Positions 10,124 through 19,935 of a stretch of DNA of 64,000 nucleotides are shown here, piece after piece. Within the stretch, counting starts at the first letter, position 1. Each line of letters begins with the position of its first letter. The notes under the pieces were generated by a model that saw only the letters and a program-made list of their open reading frames with translations, ran no database searches and was not told the DNA's origin. The translations under genes were made by a program, and so were the position numbers. The stretch comes from Candidatus Latescibacterota bacterium (GTDB taxonomy: Bacteria > Latescibacterota > UBA2968), in NCBI GenBank assembly GCA_965204375.1, contig OZ241986.1:288001-352000 (forward strand). Reading direction: 5' to 3'.

Positions 10124-11010
10124 GATAGGCCATATCCCAGGCTGCGAAGGGCGGTGTCTTTTTTTCGCCAGTTTTCATAGACTTTGACGTGCAGGTCGAG
10201 GTAAATTGGGTGTTCCAAAAAGGCCTCTATTTTTTTTCGTGCCCGATGTCCAATAGTTTTGAGGGTTTTGCCCCCCCGTCCTATGACAATGCCTTTTTGT
10301 GAATTGCGTTCGACAATGATATTGGCCTGAATATAGACTTTGGGGCGGTTTTCTTCAAATGCCTCAATGTCGATTGCCGTTGCATAAGGCAATTCCTGAC
10401 GCAGGTGGTGGAACACTTCCTCTCGAATGAGTTCCGCAACAAAAAATCTTTCAGGCTGTTCGGTGAGCATATCTTCCGGGTAGTATTGTGGGCCTTCTGG
10501 CAGTGCATGGCGCAAAGCGGTGTGAAGGGCTTGTATGCCCTGACCGGTAGTGGCCGCCACAGATAAAACGACCTGCGTGGCGAGTGAAGCGCGAATCTGT
10601 TGTTCGCAGCGTTGGGCTTGCGCGCGCGAGATGAGGTCGGTCTTGTTTACGGCGATGATTTTGGGAATATCCCATTGTCCGAAGATTTGTCGTACTTCGA
10701 CGTCATAAGAGGTGTCAAATTCTGAACCATCGACAATGCCCAAAAGCACATCGGCACTTTGATATGCACGCCCGATTTGCCGATTCATAAATTCGTGAAG
10801 GCGATAGCGCGCAGACAAGATACCGGGGGTATCGAGAAATATCATTTGAGCCTGTTTATCTGTGACAATCCCCAGGATATTATTACGGGTAGTTTGGGGT
10901 TTGGGCGAAATAATGGATAGACGCTCCCCCACGAGTGCATTAAAAAGTGTGGATTTGCCGACATTGGTGCGTCCTGCGATTATGACATATCCAGATTTGA
11001 AAGTCATCAC
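10120..11010 (-). CDS. era: GTPase Era
   Basis: GRTNVGKST, PQTTR, DTPG, NKTD; KH domain SQKGIVIGRGG. Confidence 0.97.
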   Translation of the reverse strand: MMTFKSGYVIIAGRTNVGKSTLFNALVGERLSIISPKPQTTRNNILGIVTDKQAQMIFLDTPGILSARYRLHEFMNRQIGRAYQSADVLLGIVDGSEFDTSYDVEVRQIFGQWDIPKIIAVNKTDLISRAQAQRCEQQIRASLATQVVLSVAATTGQGIQALHTALRHALPEGPQYYPEDMLTEQPERFFVAELIREEVFHHLRQELPYATAIDIEAFEENRPKVYIQANIIVERNSQKGIVIGRGGKTLKTIGHRARKKIEAFLEHPIYLDLHVKVYENWRKKDTALRSLGYGLS

Positions 11011-11017
11011 TGTCCAA

Positions 11018-12001
11018 TCAAAAAAATAAAGTGGCCGAAATGCGGTACGTGTTGTCGAGTTGGTCGTGTTCCATGAAGGCGAGATCTACACCGAACTGAC
11101 GGAGTTGCAGGCCAGTGCCCGCTGTAAAGTGCCCGTTCTTATATCCGAGGCGAAATGCGAGGCGGTGTTGCAGGCGGTATTCTATCCCCAGTTGTATGCT
11201 GCGTGTTTTTTCCCGTGTCGATTTTTTGTCATTCAGGTGCGTGCTAAAACCGACTGTCATATCGCCGCCGGGCACCCTGCGTTGGAGGGCAGATCCCATG
11301 ATAAGAGACGGCGAAATGCGATCTGTAATGCCGTCGGGAAATGCAATGCGCGTCTTTGTAAGATCGCGTATTGTCGCGCCAATGTGAAACGTCGAAGTGG
11401 GCAGATAGAGCAGGCCGATGTCCAAGCCAAAGCCGCTTCCGATGCCGACGCTGAGATCGCGTCGGATCATTTTTATACCTGTCCCAAGACGCAATTTATC
11501 TGTGATATGCCGCCCATAAGCGATTCGAAAGACATAATCAGCAGTGCCGATTTTGTCGATTATTACGGGTCGGTTGTCTGGGCCAATTGGACGGTCTGGA
11601 TCTTCCAGGCCCGTCAGGGCAATCCCATCAACGCCAGCGCGAACAATGCCCAGGCCAATGCCGCCTTTTCTTATGGGCAAGCGCAATGCAAAGATATCGT
11701 GATTTACACTACCGCCAAATTGCTCGGCATGTTGTACGTGAATTTCTCGTTTTGGTGGTGATGAGCTTTTGTGGAAGCCTGTCCCAAAGCGTGCCAGATA
11801 CACTTCTGGGGCAAGTCCTGCGGGATTCCAATAGATTGCTGTTGCATCAAAACTGAGCGCGACATAAGCACTGCCCATGCCCAGAGCGCGGGCGCCGGCA
11901 CCCAATAAGAGTGGATCACCTGCATAATGGGATGTCTGGGCATGGATTGGACTTGTAAGCGCGCACATGCAATACAACGCCAGGGTCGCAAAGCGTTTCA
12001 A
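11018..12001 (-). CDS. PorV/PorQ-family outer-membrane barrel
   Basis: GARALGMGSAYVA...AIYWNPAGLA signature; terminal Phe. Confidence 0.8.
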   Translation of the reverse strand: MKRFATLALYCMCALTSPIHAQTSHYAGDPLLLGAGARALGMGSAYVALSFDATAIYWNPAGLAPEVYLARFGTGFHKSSSPPKREIHVQHAEQFGGSVNHDIFALRLPIRKGGIGLGIVRAGVDGIALTGLEDPDRPIGPDNRPVIIDKIGTADYVFRIAYGRHITDKLRLGTGIKMIRRDLSVGIGSGFGLDIGLLYLPTSTFHIGATIRDLTKTRIAFPDGITDRISPSLIMGSALQRRVPGGDMTVGFSTHLNDKKSTREKTRSIQLGIEYRLQHRLAFRLGYKNGHFTAGTGLQLRQFGVDLAFMEHDQLDNTYRISATLFF

Positions 12002-12594
12002 TGATTGGCCTCTGCATGGGGGATGAAGATGGCGATATTGCCGGGACGCAATGCCGATCCCAGGGCTTTGATATCGACAGGAGATAAAGTGATGTGCGGT
12101 GTGGCACCTGTTGAAATTCCGTCCGCTCGCATGACGAGGTTTGGCGCAAAATAGAGGCGAGAACGATGGCGAGGCCCTTCTATCAGGCGTCCGGAGAAGT
12201 CGAGGGGGAAAAACCGCCCGCGAAGTCGCAGATTTGCATTGCCGGGTTCAACCGAGATGGGGTCAATTCTGTTCACAAAGCAGTAGTTCTGAGTGTGGCG
12301 TTCTTCTATGGGCGACAAGTCGAGAATGGAGCACGTTCTCAGCACATTGCCCTGTGATTTGAGGTGAATTTGCTTTGACGGAATGTCGATGATAAGGTAG
12401 AATTCGCCCGGTGCTGTTTTGACCTGGTCGAGTTCTCGGACAAGGGCTTCGCGGTAGTTTTGGAAAACGATTTTGTCCTGACCAAATACCTGAGTTTCCA
12501 CAAGAAGCAAACAAATTAGTAGATATAGACCCGGTCGCCAACTTGTAGTGAGCGATACACAAAGGCCAGGTCTTCGTCGTTGAGGCGAATACAT
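11998..12594 (-). CDS. YkuD-like protein lacking the catalytic His/Cys (start uncertain)
   Basis: Collinear with the neighbour (FYLIID, DPI, RL..G, ITLSPVDIKAL) but no HGT/HGC. Confidence 0.55.
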   Translation of the reverse strand: MYSPQRRRPGLCVSLTTSWRPGLYLLICLLLVETQVFGQDKIVFQNYREALVRELDQVKTAPGEFYLIIDIPSKQIHLKSQGNVLRTCSILDLSPIEERHTQNYCFVNRIDPISVEPGNANLRLRGRFFPLDFSGRLIEGPRHRSRLYFAPNLVMRADGISTGATPHITLSPVDIKALGSALRPGNIAIFIPHAEANH

Positions 12595-13100
12595 CCGTGC
12601 GTGATATGCCGTCCGAGCAATGTGGGATAAAGGGTGCCGTGAATTTCATATCCGTCGCCCAATTTAAGGGCGTAGGCACCGAGGGTTGTCCTGTCGAGAC
12701 GCCGAAACTCCCAGGGTAATACAGTGGGTTCTTCTCCATTTTCGACAAAGGCCCACAAGGGCTTGGCCCAGATGGGATCTGTCACTTTGTGCAAAATAGT
12801 TCTGACCCCCAATGGCGTGTGAAATTGCCAGCGTGCCGTAGCACCTGGATGGAGCAGTACTTTGCCGCTGCCTGTCGCACACGTCGCTTCTCGTATTATC
12901 TGGTTGTTGTTCCAAACTTGAAGGCGGTTGTGTACGGTATCAATAACGATGTAGGTTTCTGCTGAGTGTCGTTTCAACTTTTCCTGAAGTGATGTAATGT
13001 CAGCTTTGAGTTGTTCTATCTCTGTTTCTCGTGCAGGTAGATGCAGGCAGAAACTGAAGAACAGATAAAGAGCGAGCAATATGGGGTAAAAGCTGTGCAT
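12516..13100 (-). CDS. L,D-transpeptidase (YkuD family)
   Basis: YEIHGT...THGCIRL catalytic motif; signal peptide from ATG 13100. Confidence 0.9.
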   Translation of the reverse strand: MHSFYPILLALYLFFSFCLHLPARETEIEQLKADITSLQEKLKRHSAETYIVIDTVHNRLQVWNNNQIIREATCATGSGKVLLHPGATARWQFHTPLGVRTILHKVTDPIWAKPLWAFVENGEEPTVLPWEFRRLDRTTLGAYALKLGDGYEIHGTLYPTLLGRHITHGCIRLNDEDLAFVYRSLQVGDRVYIY

Positions 13101-13118
13101 GGATGGCTCAAAAATTGC

Positions 13119-13151
13119 AAAACCGAGGTGCTTTTTGTGCGCCTCGGTTTT
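13119..13151 (-). terminator. Hairpin/terminator after the lipoprotein gene
   Basis: AAAACCGAGGTGC/GCGCCTCGGTTTT stem with A/T tracts on both sides. Confidence 0.7.
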
Positions 13152-13179
13152 TGTCTTTTTAAAAGATATTTGGATATTA

Positions 13180-13806
13180 CTACAGGCGGAAATACCAGGG
13201 TTTGTTTCGTTCTTTCCAGTCTTCGATTTTCTGAAGCGCGACCGAAACAGCACCTTGAACATCTGCTAATTTGTTTTCCGCATCTTGTGCTTGAGCGAGA
13301 GCATCTCTGTATTGCCCATTGTCGAGGCTGCTGCGTGCGTCGCTTACGCTGGTCTCGGCCTGATTCAGGTCGGCGTTGAGCTGATCGAGATCATCGTCTG
13401 CGCCTTTTCCCCGAGGTGCTTCACCCAAACCGACTCTGGCTTCTGAAATGCCAGGCATGACGCGTTCGATAATCGCCTGGGTATCGGCCTCCAGTTGCCT
13501 GTTGGTGTCAGCTTCTGATTTTGCGCTATTAGCTAACTCCTGAGCTTCTACATAAAGAGGCTCAGCTTCATCAAATTTATTGAAGAAAAAGAACTTTTTT
13601 TCTTCAAACTTCTTGGCGGCACTGTCTATGGCAGCAGTTGCTATGCGATATGATTCGGGCGCATAAGCCTCGGCCTGAGCCGCCTGTGCTGCAGCATAAG
13701 CAGCCTCAGTATCGGCTTTCAATTTTACCAATTCTTCGGAAGGCCCACAACCCGTTATGGCAAGTGCCAAAGTCAAAACAGTGCAAAGGCTTAAAATGGA
13801 TCGCAT
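13180..13806 (-). CDS. Alanine-rich helical lipoprotein (DUF4398-like)
   Basis: AAGGAG RBS, lipobox ITGC, AEAYAPESY and PRGKGADDDL motifs. Confidence 0.75.
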   Translation of the reverse strand: MRSILSLCTVLTLALAITGCGPSEELVKLKADTEAAYAAAQAAQAEAYAPESYRIATAAIDSAAKKFEEKKFFFFNKFDEAEPLYVEAQELANSAKSEADTNRQLEADTQAIIERVMPGISEARVGLGEAPRGKGADDDLDQLNADLNQAETSVSDARSSLDNGQYRDALAQAQDAENKLADVQGAVSVALQKIEDWKERNKPWYFRL

Positions 13807-13862
13807 CCTTAGACTCCTTGGTTTGTCGTCAATGAGGGTTTTACGCATTGTTTTCTTTGCGG

Positions 13863-13891
13863 AAGATAAAACACAAATTTCAGCTTGTCAA
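13863..13891 (-). promoter_or_regulatory. Sigma70-like promoter
   Basis: TTGACA-17 bp-TATCTT on the minus strand. Confidence 0.6.
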
Positions 13892-13947
13892 TACCAATTT
13901 TGGGATACGAGAAATGGCGTTGGGCTGTCATTGAAGATGTATTCTAT

Positions 13948-14799
13948 TTATCGCCGTTCACTTTTTTTATAGAAAAGTTTGTTCAGTGGGCTTTTGGGAG
14001 CCGTAAGGTATTTAGCTTCATCGGGTGTTAGAGCTTTGTCAAATACGGCGATTTCGTCGATTTGTCCGGGATATTTGTAATGATTAAATCGCATCACGAG
14101 GTTTTCTATATCCCAGGTTAGATTCTGCTGAAGCGGGCCTTTGCGCCCTGCTTCCATGCCATCTATATACAGCACCCATTCAGCATCGGCCTTGCCGCTG
14201 TTAAAGTTGGACCAGGTAATGGCGATGTGATGCCAGTCGTTTGCACGCCAGTTGGCGGGAACCGAAATTACGTATCTATCAACCTCTTCATCGCCAATTT
14301 CCCGTTGTTTGTCGGGATAGCATCCAAACCGAAGTGTGCCGTCGGCTTTTTTGAAATCAACGAATACAACTGCATCATCCCACGGATATTTTTCGCCGTC
14401 TTTTTTTCCAATATGAAAAGGTTCGGGGTAGTTGGATTCGAAGCTGGCGATGTCGGTTTGGAGCCAGAATGCAATGCTGCCAGACCACGCGCTGTTTGCA
14501 CTGTAGGCGAGGTTATTTTTGCCGCTGTAATTGAGTGCGCCTGCATCTGGATTAAAAGCCAAATACCCATCGGGATTGCCGCCTTGCTTGATGTGGTTGG
14601 TGTTGGCTGTATCAAAGGTAGCCAATGGGTCGCCAAGGCTGTCGAGGGCATCCACGCCTTTTTCAAAGTTGGCAAAAAAAAGTACGTGTGCTCGCAAGCT
14701 CTCTTCAATGGCCTTTTCGGGACCACCACAGGCTGTTGTGATTGCTAAAAATATGAGGACTATAGTGCCGCGAGATAGCTGGGGAAGGTGGAGCGACAT
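13948..14799 (-). CDS. LamG-like jellyroll lipoprotein
   Basis: Lipobox TTAC; SIAFW, WHHIAITW, LYIDG, GQIDEIAVFDKALT. Confidence 0.85.
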   Translation of the reverse strand: MSLHLPQLSRGTIVLIFLAITTACGGPEKAIEESLRAHVLFFANFEKGVDALDSLGDPLATFDTANTNHIKQGGNPDGYLAFNPDAGALNYSGKNNLAYSANSAWSGSIAFWLQTDIASFESNYPEPFHIGKKDGEKYPWDDAVVFVDFKKADGTLRFGCYPDKQREIGDEEVDRYVISVPANWRANDWHHIAITWSNFNSGKADAEWVLYIDGMEAGRKGPLQQNLTWDIENLVMRFNHYKYPGQIDEIAVFDKALTPDEAKYLTAPKSPLNKLFYKKSERR

Positions 14800-14855
14800 G
14801 TGTAAAGTCTCCTAAAAAAGAAGTTCAGCGTATTGTGAAGTTAAATGCACAAGTT

Positions 14856-14884
14856 GATATACTCTCAAAACGCAGGTATGTCAA
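14856..14884 (-). promoter_or_regulatory. Sigma70-like promoter for the LamG gene
   Basis: TTGACA-17 bp-TATATC on the minus strand. Confidence 0.55.
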
Positions 14885-14972
14885 TACCAAAATATATGGC
14901 ATTACAAAGATAGCTTAAATACTCGAAAAATCAATAGTTGAGATACTCGAAAACTCTGTCTCGGAAATTGTC

Positions 14973-15001
14973 TTGACATCTCAAAAGTTATTTGTTAGCA
15001 T
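14973..15001 (+). promoter_or_regulatory. Sigma70-like promoter
   Basis: TTGACA-17 bp-TAGCAT, 50 bp before the ATG at 15051. Confidence 0.65.
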
Positions 15002-15050
15002 AAATTCAATTTTCCCAAAATGTTTGGTATTCTTAACAGGAGTCTCCTCG

Positions 15051-18000
15051 ATGCGTAAAATCGGCACAGGTATTCTCTGGATAATCACGATTTTGATGTT
15101 GTCTTCGGTGACCATTTTTAATCCGGGACAGGTGACGGATTTTTTTGTTACGCTTTTTAATATTAAACCGAGTATTCCCGAACTCAAACCCATTGAAATT
15201 TCAGAACGCGATCGAGAAATTCGGTCCATTGCCGAGACCATTACACAAGAAGATGTAAGCCAAATTATTACCGACCTGTCGGGGATGGGATCTCGGGTGC
15301 CTGGCTATGCGGGGCATAGGCAGGCTTTTGAATATGTCAAACAGCATTTTGAGCAATTTGGTCTCGAAGATATCGTGGTCGAAGAGCACATGGTAACCGT
15401 TCCCGTTGACAAAGGTGCTTCACTCACTTTGATGGATACCGGCGAAGAAATTGCGATCTACGGTTTTTGGCCCAATCATGTGCAAACGCCCTCTGTGCCC
15501 AGCGCTGGGATTTCGGGGGCGCTTATTTATGGGGGCAAGGGATCGTTTTCAGAACTCAATGGCAAAAAGGTCGAAGGCAGCGTTGTTCTGATGGACTTCG
15601 ACTGTGATCAGGGCTATTTAAGCCCTCGTATGCTGGGGGCGCAGGCCATTTTATTTTACGACAATGGGCGGGTTACCCAGGGACAGGCTATGGATAAGTT
15701 TTTGCCCGTGCCCGTTGATGTGCCCCGGTTCTGGGTCAAAAAAGACGATGCTTTGCGTTTGCTCGAATTGGCCCAAACGCAATCTCCCGAAGTGCGTTTA
15801 ACGTCAAAGATGGATTGGGAAGAGGTGCCGACCTGGAATATTTTTGCAACCGTTCCCGGGTCCGAAGACTATATCACTGAGCGCGAAGAGCGCAAGTGGA
15901 AAGATCAGCAGATTGTGCTGAGTGCTTTTTACGATGCCATTTCCGTTGTGCCCGCTCTCGCGCCGGGTGCTGAAAATGCGTCGGGGTTGGCTGCGCTTTT
16001 ACACACTGCCCGCGTTTTGAAACAGAATCCGCCCAAATATTCGGTGACCTTTTTGGCAACTGGCTCACATTTCCAGGGGCTGGCTGGCATCAATGATTTT
16101 GTGTATCGCCACTCGCGCGAGAGCGATCATTTCCGCGATAAGATTCCCGATAGTTTATCGACTGCTGGTGCTTATCTCGATGGCGAACTTATTCCGCGCG
16201 ATAGCGAAGACTTTGAAGAGCTCATTCCCGGCAGCTATAAAATTGATTTTCGGTTATTTATCGGTTTGGACCTGTCGAGTGAATCCGATCAGTTGGCGAG
16301 CTTTTCACACGGTACCTTTAACAACCCAAATTGGCAGACGGATAATTATCTGAATAATCTGCTGGCGCCTTATGCGGACAAATTCGATAAATATATGGCC
16401 AAAGTCTTTCCGGGCGAAGAAGTGCGCCATGTCGATGCGATTGCACCTCCAAAACGCACCTGGAAGAATTTTATGCCCATTCGCCTGGGATTCGACAGCG
16501 AGGCCGTCACATTTGTTGGCAAAGAAGGCATTACACTGGCGACGCCATCAACAGTGCGGCGGTTTGTCGATACGCCTATTGATCGCGTTGAATACGTCAA
16601 TATGGACAATTTGACGCGCCAGGTCCAAACGACAATAGCTGCCATGATGAAAGCGGGCGAAGATCCCGAGTTTTTCAGGGTGTCCAAACTCAAATTGCAA
16701 GATCGCGGACACAGTTTGAAAGGGCGCGTATTGTGGTTTGATCGCAATGTCGATTTCGCGTTGCCCCGCGTGCCCGTGCCCGGGGGAGTTGCGACGTATC
16801 GACAACCGGGGAATGTCCACAGTTGTGCGGGTGTGCGCACGCTGATTATTGACAAGACAGCAGAAGGTCCCATTTACGATGTTAAATTGGCAAGAAATAG
16901 AACTGATGTAGATCTAAGCTTGTATGGTGATCCAGACAAAGTTAAACAAACGGGAGAGTTTTTCTTCAATATTATGCGGAATCGGTTTACCAATCGCATT
17001 TTGGCTTATGATATTGACGAAGAGGGGAAGATTACATCGGCACCCGACATGGGATCTGAAGGCGACAAAAAATTTCCGCTGACGCAGCGATATGGCTGGT
17101 GGGAAAATGAAATGATGACCGTTCTGTTTAAGAGCCGCTCCATCAGTGTTTTTGAAATTATCGATTCGAGCTATTTGTCCGCACTCGATTTCATGACGGT
17201 ACTCAACGATAACGATACGCAGCCCATAGAATTTGGCTATACGTATTTGCCTGGGCAAAGCACCAAAGAGGGCGATGTGACGCGCGCTGCTGTGACGTTT
17301 GCGCGCGTGGATGAACACACAGGAGAAGCCGAGCGGTTGAAGGTTTTGATGAGCACGGGATTATTTGGTGTTAAGTATTTGCTGATCAATGCGCCCCAGA
17401 AGTTTTTGGACAATCCGATTGATAAACGCGAGGTAAATCCCGATCTTCTGGAAGAGGCGCGAGGTGAAGGGTATGAACCCGGCGTCATTTTCATGCCCTC
17501 GTATCAGGCCGCCAGAGATATGTGGGTGATTGACGATGTGCGGATGAAACAGTTGGCGCAATTTGGTATTGAAAACAATCGGCTTACCCTGTTGCACAAC
17601 AGCGCGCGCGAGGCCCTGATTGAAGCGCGTCAACACCTTGACAATTTGGATTACGAAGGGTTTATGGCCGCATCTCGGCGGGCATGGGGGCTGGAGGCGC
17701 GGGGGTATCCCGAAGTGATGGCGACGGCCAATGATACTGTTCGAGGTATTATTTTTTACTTTATTTTGTTGCTGCCGTTTTCATTTTTCTGCGAACGGCT
17801 GTTGATTGGCGCGTCGAGTATTACCGCGCGATTGAGCTGGTTTGCCGCGTTTTTTGTGTTTTTCTTTATTGTTTTGCGCTTTGTCCATCCAGCTTTTCAG
17901 TTGAGCAATTCCCCCTATATTATTTTTCTCGCATTTGTGATTATGGCCCTCGGCGGCGTGGCCATGGTCATTGTGGTGTCTAAGTTTGGTGATGAAGTTC

Positions 18001-19898
18001 GCAAAATGAAGCAGGCTTCTGCCGGGACTTATGAAGCCGATGTCGGACGCATTAGCGCGACGTCGGCCGCGATTGTATTGGGCATTTCAAATCTGAGAAA
18101 GCGCCCCATGCGCACGGGGTTGACAGCAATTACGTTGACCTTATTGACTTTTACGACATTGTCTTTTACTTCGGTGCAGACTTCATTGAAGTTTTACAAA
18201 TTGCCCCGCGATAACGAGCCGTCGTATCAGGGGGCACTCGTGCGCGATCGATCCTGGCGCGGGATGCAGGAGTCCGTACTCAATTATCTCAATAGTGCTT
18301 TTGAAGGCCGCGCCGATATTGTGCCGCGGTCGTGGTATTTGTCACAGGTGCGTGGCGAGCGCGCTTATGTGAATTTTTCGCGCGTGACAGAGGCCACCGC
18401 CGATATGGGGCCAAAGGAGATTTACGTCGATTTCGATGTGGGCATTACCACGGGGAAAGACAGTTTTGTCAATGCGCTGTTGGGACTTACGCCAGACGAA
18501 CCCAAAATTACCGGGGTTGATGGCTATTTGATGAGTGGGCGATGGTTTGAACCCGGAGAAGAGTTCGTTTGCCTGTTGCCAAATGATCTGGCCGAGCTTG
18601 TCGGTATTTTCCCTGAAGATGCCGGTACAGCTAAAATTGAAATGCAGGGGCAGATTTTTACGGTGATTGGCATTCTGGATTCTGAAATGTTTAACAAGTT
18701 CAAAGATCTGGACGATGAAAAACTGACTCCTGTTGATACGGTAAAAGAAAAAGACGATTTGGCAGATGCACAGGATCAGGATCCGAGGGTTGTCGCGGCT
18801 GCGCCGATTGAGACCTTTACCCACCTGGAATCGACCAATGTGCTCGTCGTGCCCTATGAGTATATTCGGGATATCGGAGGCGTGTTGGCTTCGGTGGCGA
18901 TTGCGAATTTCAAGGATGAGAGTGGGCAGCCTAAGTTGAATTTTGTACCCGACATCGAAGAGTTTATGGCACGCGTGTCTTTGACGATGTTTGTGGGCAA
19001 GGATGATGGTGTAACCGTCTATAGTTCGATTGGTTCAACATCGCTTTCTGGATTGGGCAATTTGTTTATTCCGATCTTGATTGCGGCACTTATTGTGCTC
19101 AATACTATGATGGGTGCTGTGTATGAGCGTTTCCGGGAGATCAGTATTTATTCTTCGGTGGGATTGGCCCCCAATCATATTGCCGCACTTTTCCTCGCGG
19201 AGGCCGGCGTATTTGCCACACTCGGTGCGGTTATGGGATATTTGATTGGACAGGTTCTGGTGCTCATACTGTACAACCAGGGGCTGTTGGGAGGCCTGGA
19301 GTTGAATTATTCATCGCTATCTGCAATTTCCGCCACGTTGATTGTGATGGCAACGGTATTTCTCTCGGCGCTTTATCCAGCTAAAAAAGCCGCTGATATG
19401 GCTGTGCCCGATGTGACCCGCAAATGGGAATTTCCCGATCCTGATGGCGACCGGTGGGTATTTGATTTTCCCTTTACAGTAGGCGGTGCCGAGGTATTGG
19501 GCATGTACTCTTATTTGACCCGGGTTTTTGAATCTTATGGCGAGGGATCGGTGGGTGATTTTGTTGCCGACCATGTGAAGTTCTGGTCTGAGGATCACGA
19601 GGGAGAACCGCAATACAATATTGATCTGACGGCATGGTTGGCGCCTTATGATCTGGGGATTAGCCAGGAAGTGCAGTTAAAAGCTATTCCAACGGGTGAG
19701 CACAATATCTATAAAATTGAAGTGGTGATCAATCGCTTGAGCGGTGATGTAGCGTCTTGGAAACGGATCAACCGCGGATTTTTGAATGTGTTGAGAAAAC
19801 GATTCCTGGTCTGGCGCACAATTCCGGGCGACATGAAGTTCAATTATGCAGAAGACGGACGCCGGGTTTTGTCTGGCGAAGTCGCGGCAATAGCGTAA
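15051..19898 (+). CDS. Giant membrane protein: PA/M28-like peptidase domain plus MacB/FtsX-like permease
   Basis: AGGAG RBS; SRVPGYAG, WNIFATVPG, SAFYDA..PGAENASG; NLRKRPMRTGLT and VYERFREISIYSSVGLAP FtsX motifs. Confidence 0.8.
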   Translation: MRKIGTGILWIITILMLSSVTIFNPGQVTDFFVTLFNIKPSIPELKPIEISERDREIRSIAETITQEDVSQIITDLSGMGSRVPGYAGHRQAFEYVKQHFEQFGLEDIVVEEHMVTVPVDKGASLTLMDTGEEIAIYGFWPNHVQTPSVPSAGISGALIYGGKGSFSELNGKKVEGSVVLMDFDCDQGYLSPRMLGAQAILFYDNGRVTQGQAMDKFLPVPVDVPRFWVKKDDALRLLELAQTQSPEVRLTSKMDWEEVPTWNIFATVPGSEDYITEREERKWKDQQIVLSAFYDAISVVPALAPGAENASGLAALLHTARVLKQNPPKYSVTFLATGSHFQGLAGINDFVYRHSRESDHFRDKIPDSLSTAGAYLDGELIPRDSEDFEELIPGSYKIDFRLFIGLDLSSESDQLASFSHGTFNNPNWQTDNYLNNLLAPYADKFDKYMAKVFPGEEVRHVDAIAPPKRTWKNFMPIRLGFDSEAVTFVGKEGITLATPSTVRRFVDTPIDRVEYVNMDNLTRQVQTTIAAMMKAGEDPEFFRVSKLKLQDRGHSLKGRVLWFDRNVDFALPRVPVPGGVATYRQPGNVHSCAGVRTLIIDKTAEGPIYDVKLARNRTDVDLSLYGDPDKVKQTGEFFFNIMRNRFTNRILAYDIDEEGKITSAPDMGSEGDKKFPLTQRYGWWENEMMTVLFKSRSISVFEIIDSSYLSALDFMTVLNDNDTQPIEFGYTYLPGQSTKEGDVTRAAVTFARVDEHTGEAERLKVLMSTGLFGVKYLLINAPQKFLDNPIDKREVNPDLLEEARGEGYEPGVIFMPSYQAARDMWVIDDVRMKQLAQFGIENNRLTLLHNSAREALIEARQHLDNLDYEGFMAASRRAWGLEARGYPEVMATANDTVRGIIFYFILLLPFSFFCERLLIGASSITARLSWFAAFFVFFFIVLRFVHPAFQLSNSPYIIFLAFVIMALGGVAMVIVVSKFGDEVRKMKQASAGTYEADVGRISATSAAIVLGISNLRKRPMRTGLTAITLTLLTFTTLSFTSVQTSLKFYKLPRDNEPSYQGALVRDRSWRGMQESVLNYLNSAFEGRADIVPRSWYLSQVRGERAYVNFSRVTEATADMGPKEIYVDFDVGITTGKDSFVNALLGLTPDEPKITGVDGYLMSGRWFEPGEEFVCLLPNDLAELVGIFPEDAGTAKIEMQGQIFTVIGILDSEMFNKFKDLDDEKLTPVDTVKEKDDLADAQDQDPRVVAAAPIETFTHLESTNVLVVPYEYIRDIGGVLASVAIANFKDESGQPKLNFVPDIEEFMARVSLTMFVGKDDGVTVYSSIGSTSLSGLGNLFIPILIAALIVLNTMMGAVYERFREISIYSSVGLAPNHIAALFLAEAGVFATLGAVMGYLIGQVLVLILYNQGLLGGLELNYSSLSAISATLIVMATVFLSALYPAKKAADMAVPDVTRKWEFPDPDGDRWVFDFPFTVGGAEVLGMYSYLTRVFESYGEGSVGDFVADHVKFWSEDHEGEPQYNIDLTAWLAPYDLGISQEVQLKAIPTGEHNIYKIEVVINRLSGDVASWKRINRGFLNVLRKRFLVWRTIPGDMKFNYAEDGRRVLSGEVAAIA

Positions 19899-19935
19899 CG
19901 CGCAGATTTTGTGAATTTCCTTCTGGGAGGCAATT

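Noticed and set aside
14973-15050. TTG start for the giant permease
   Set aside because: The TTG is part of a TTGACA -35 box; ATG 15051 has an RBS
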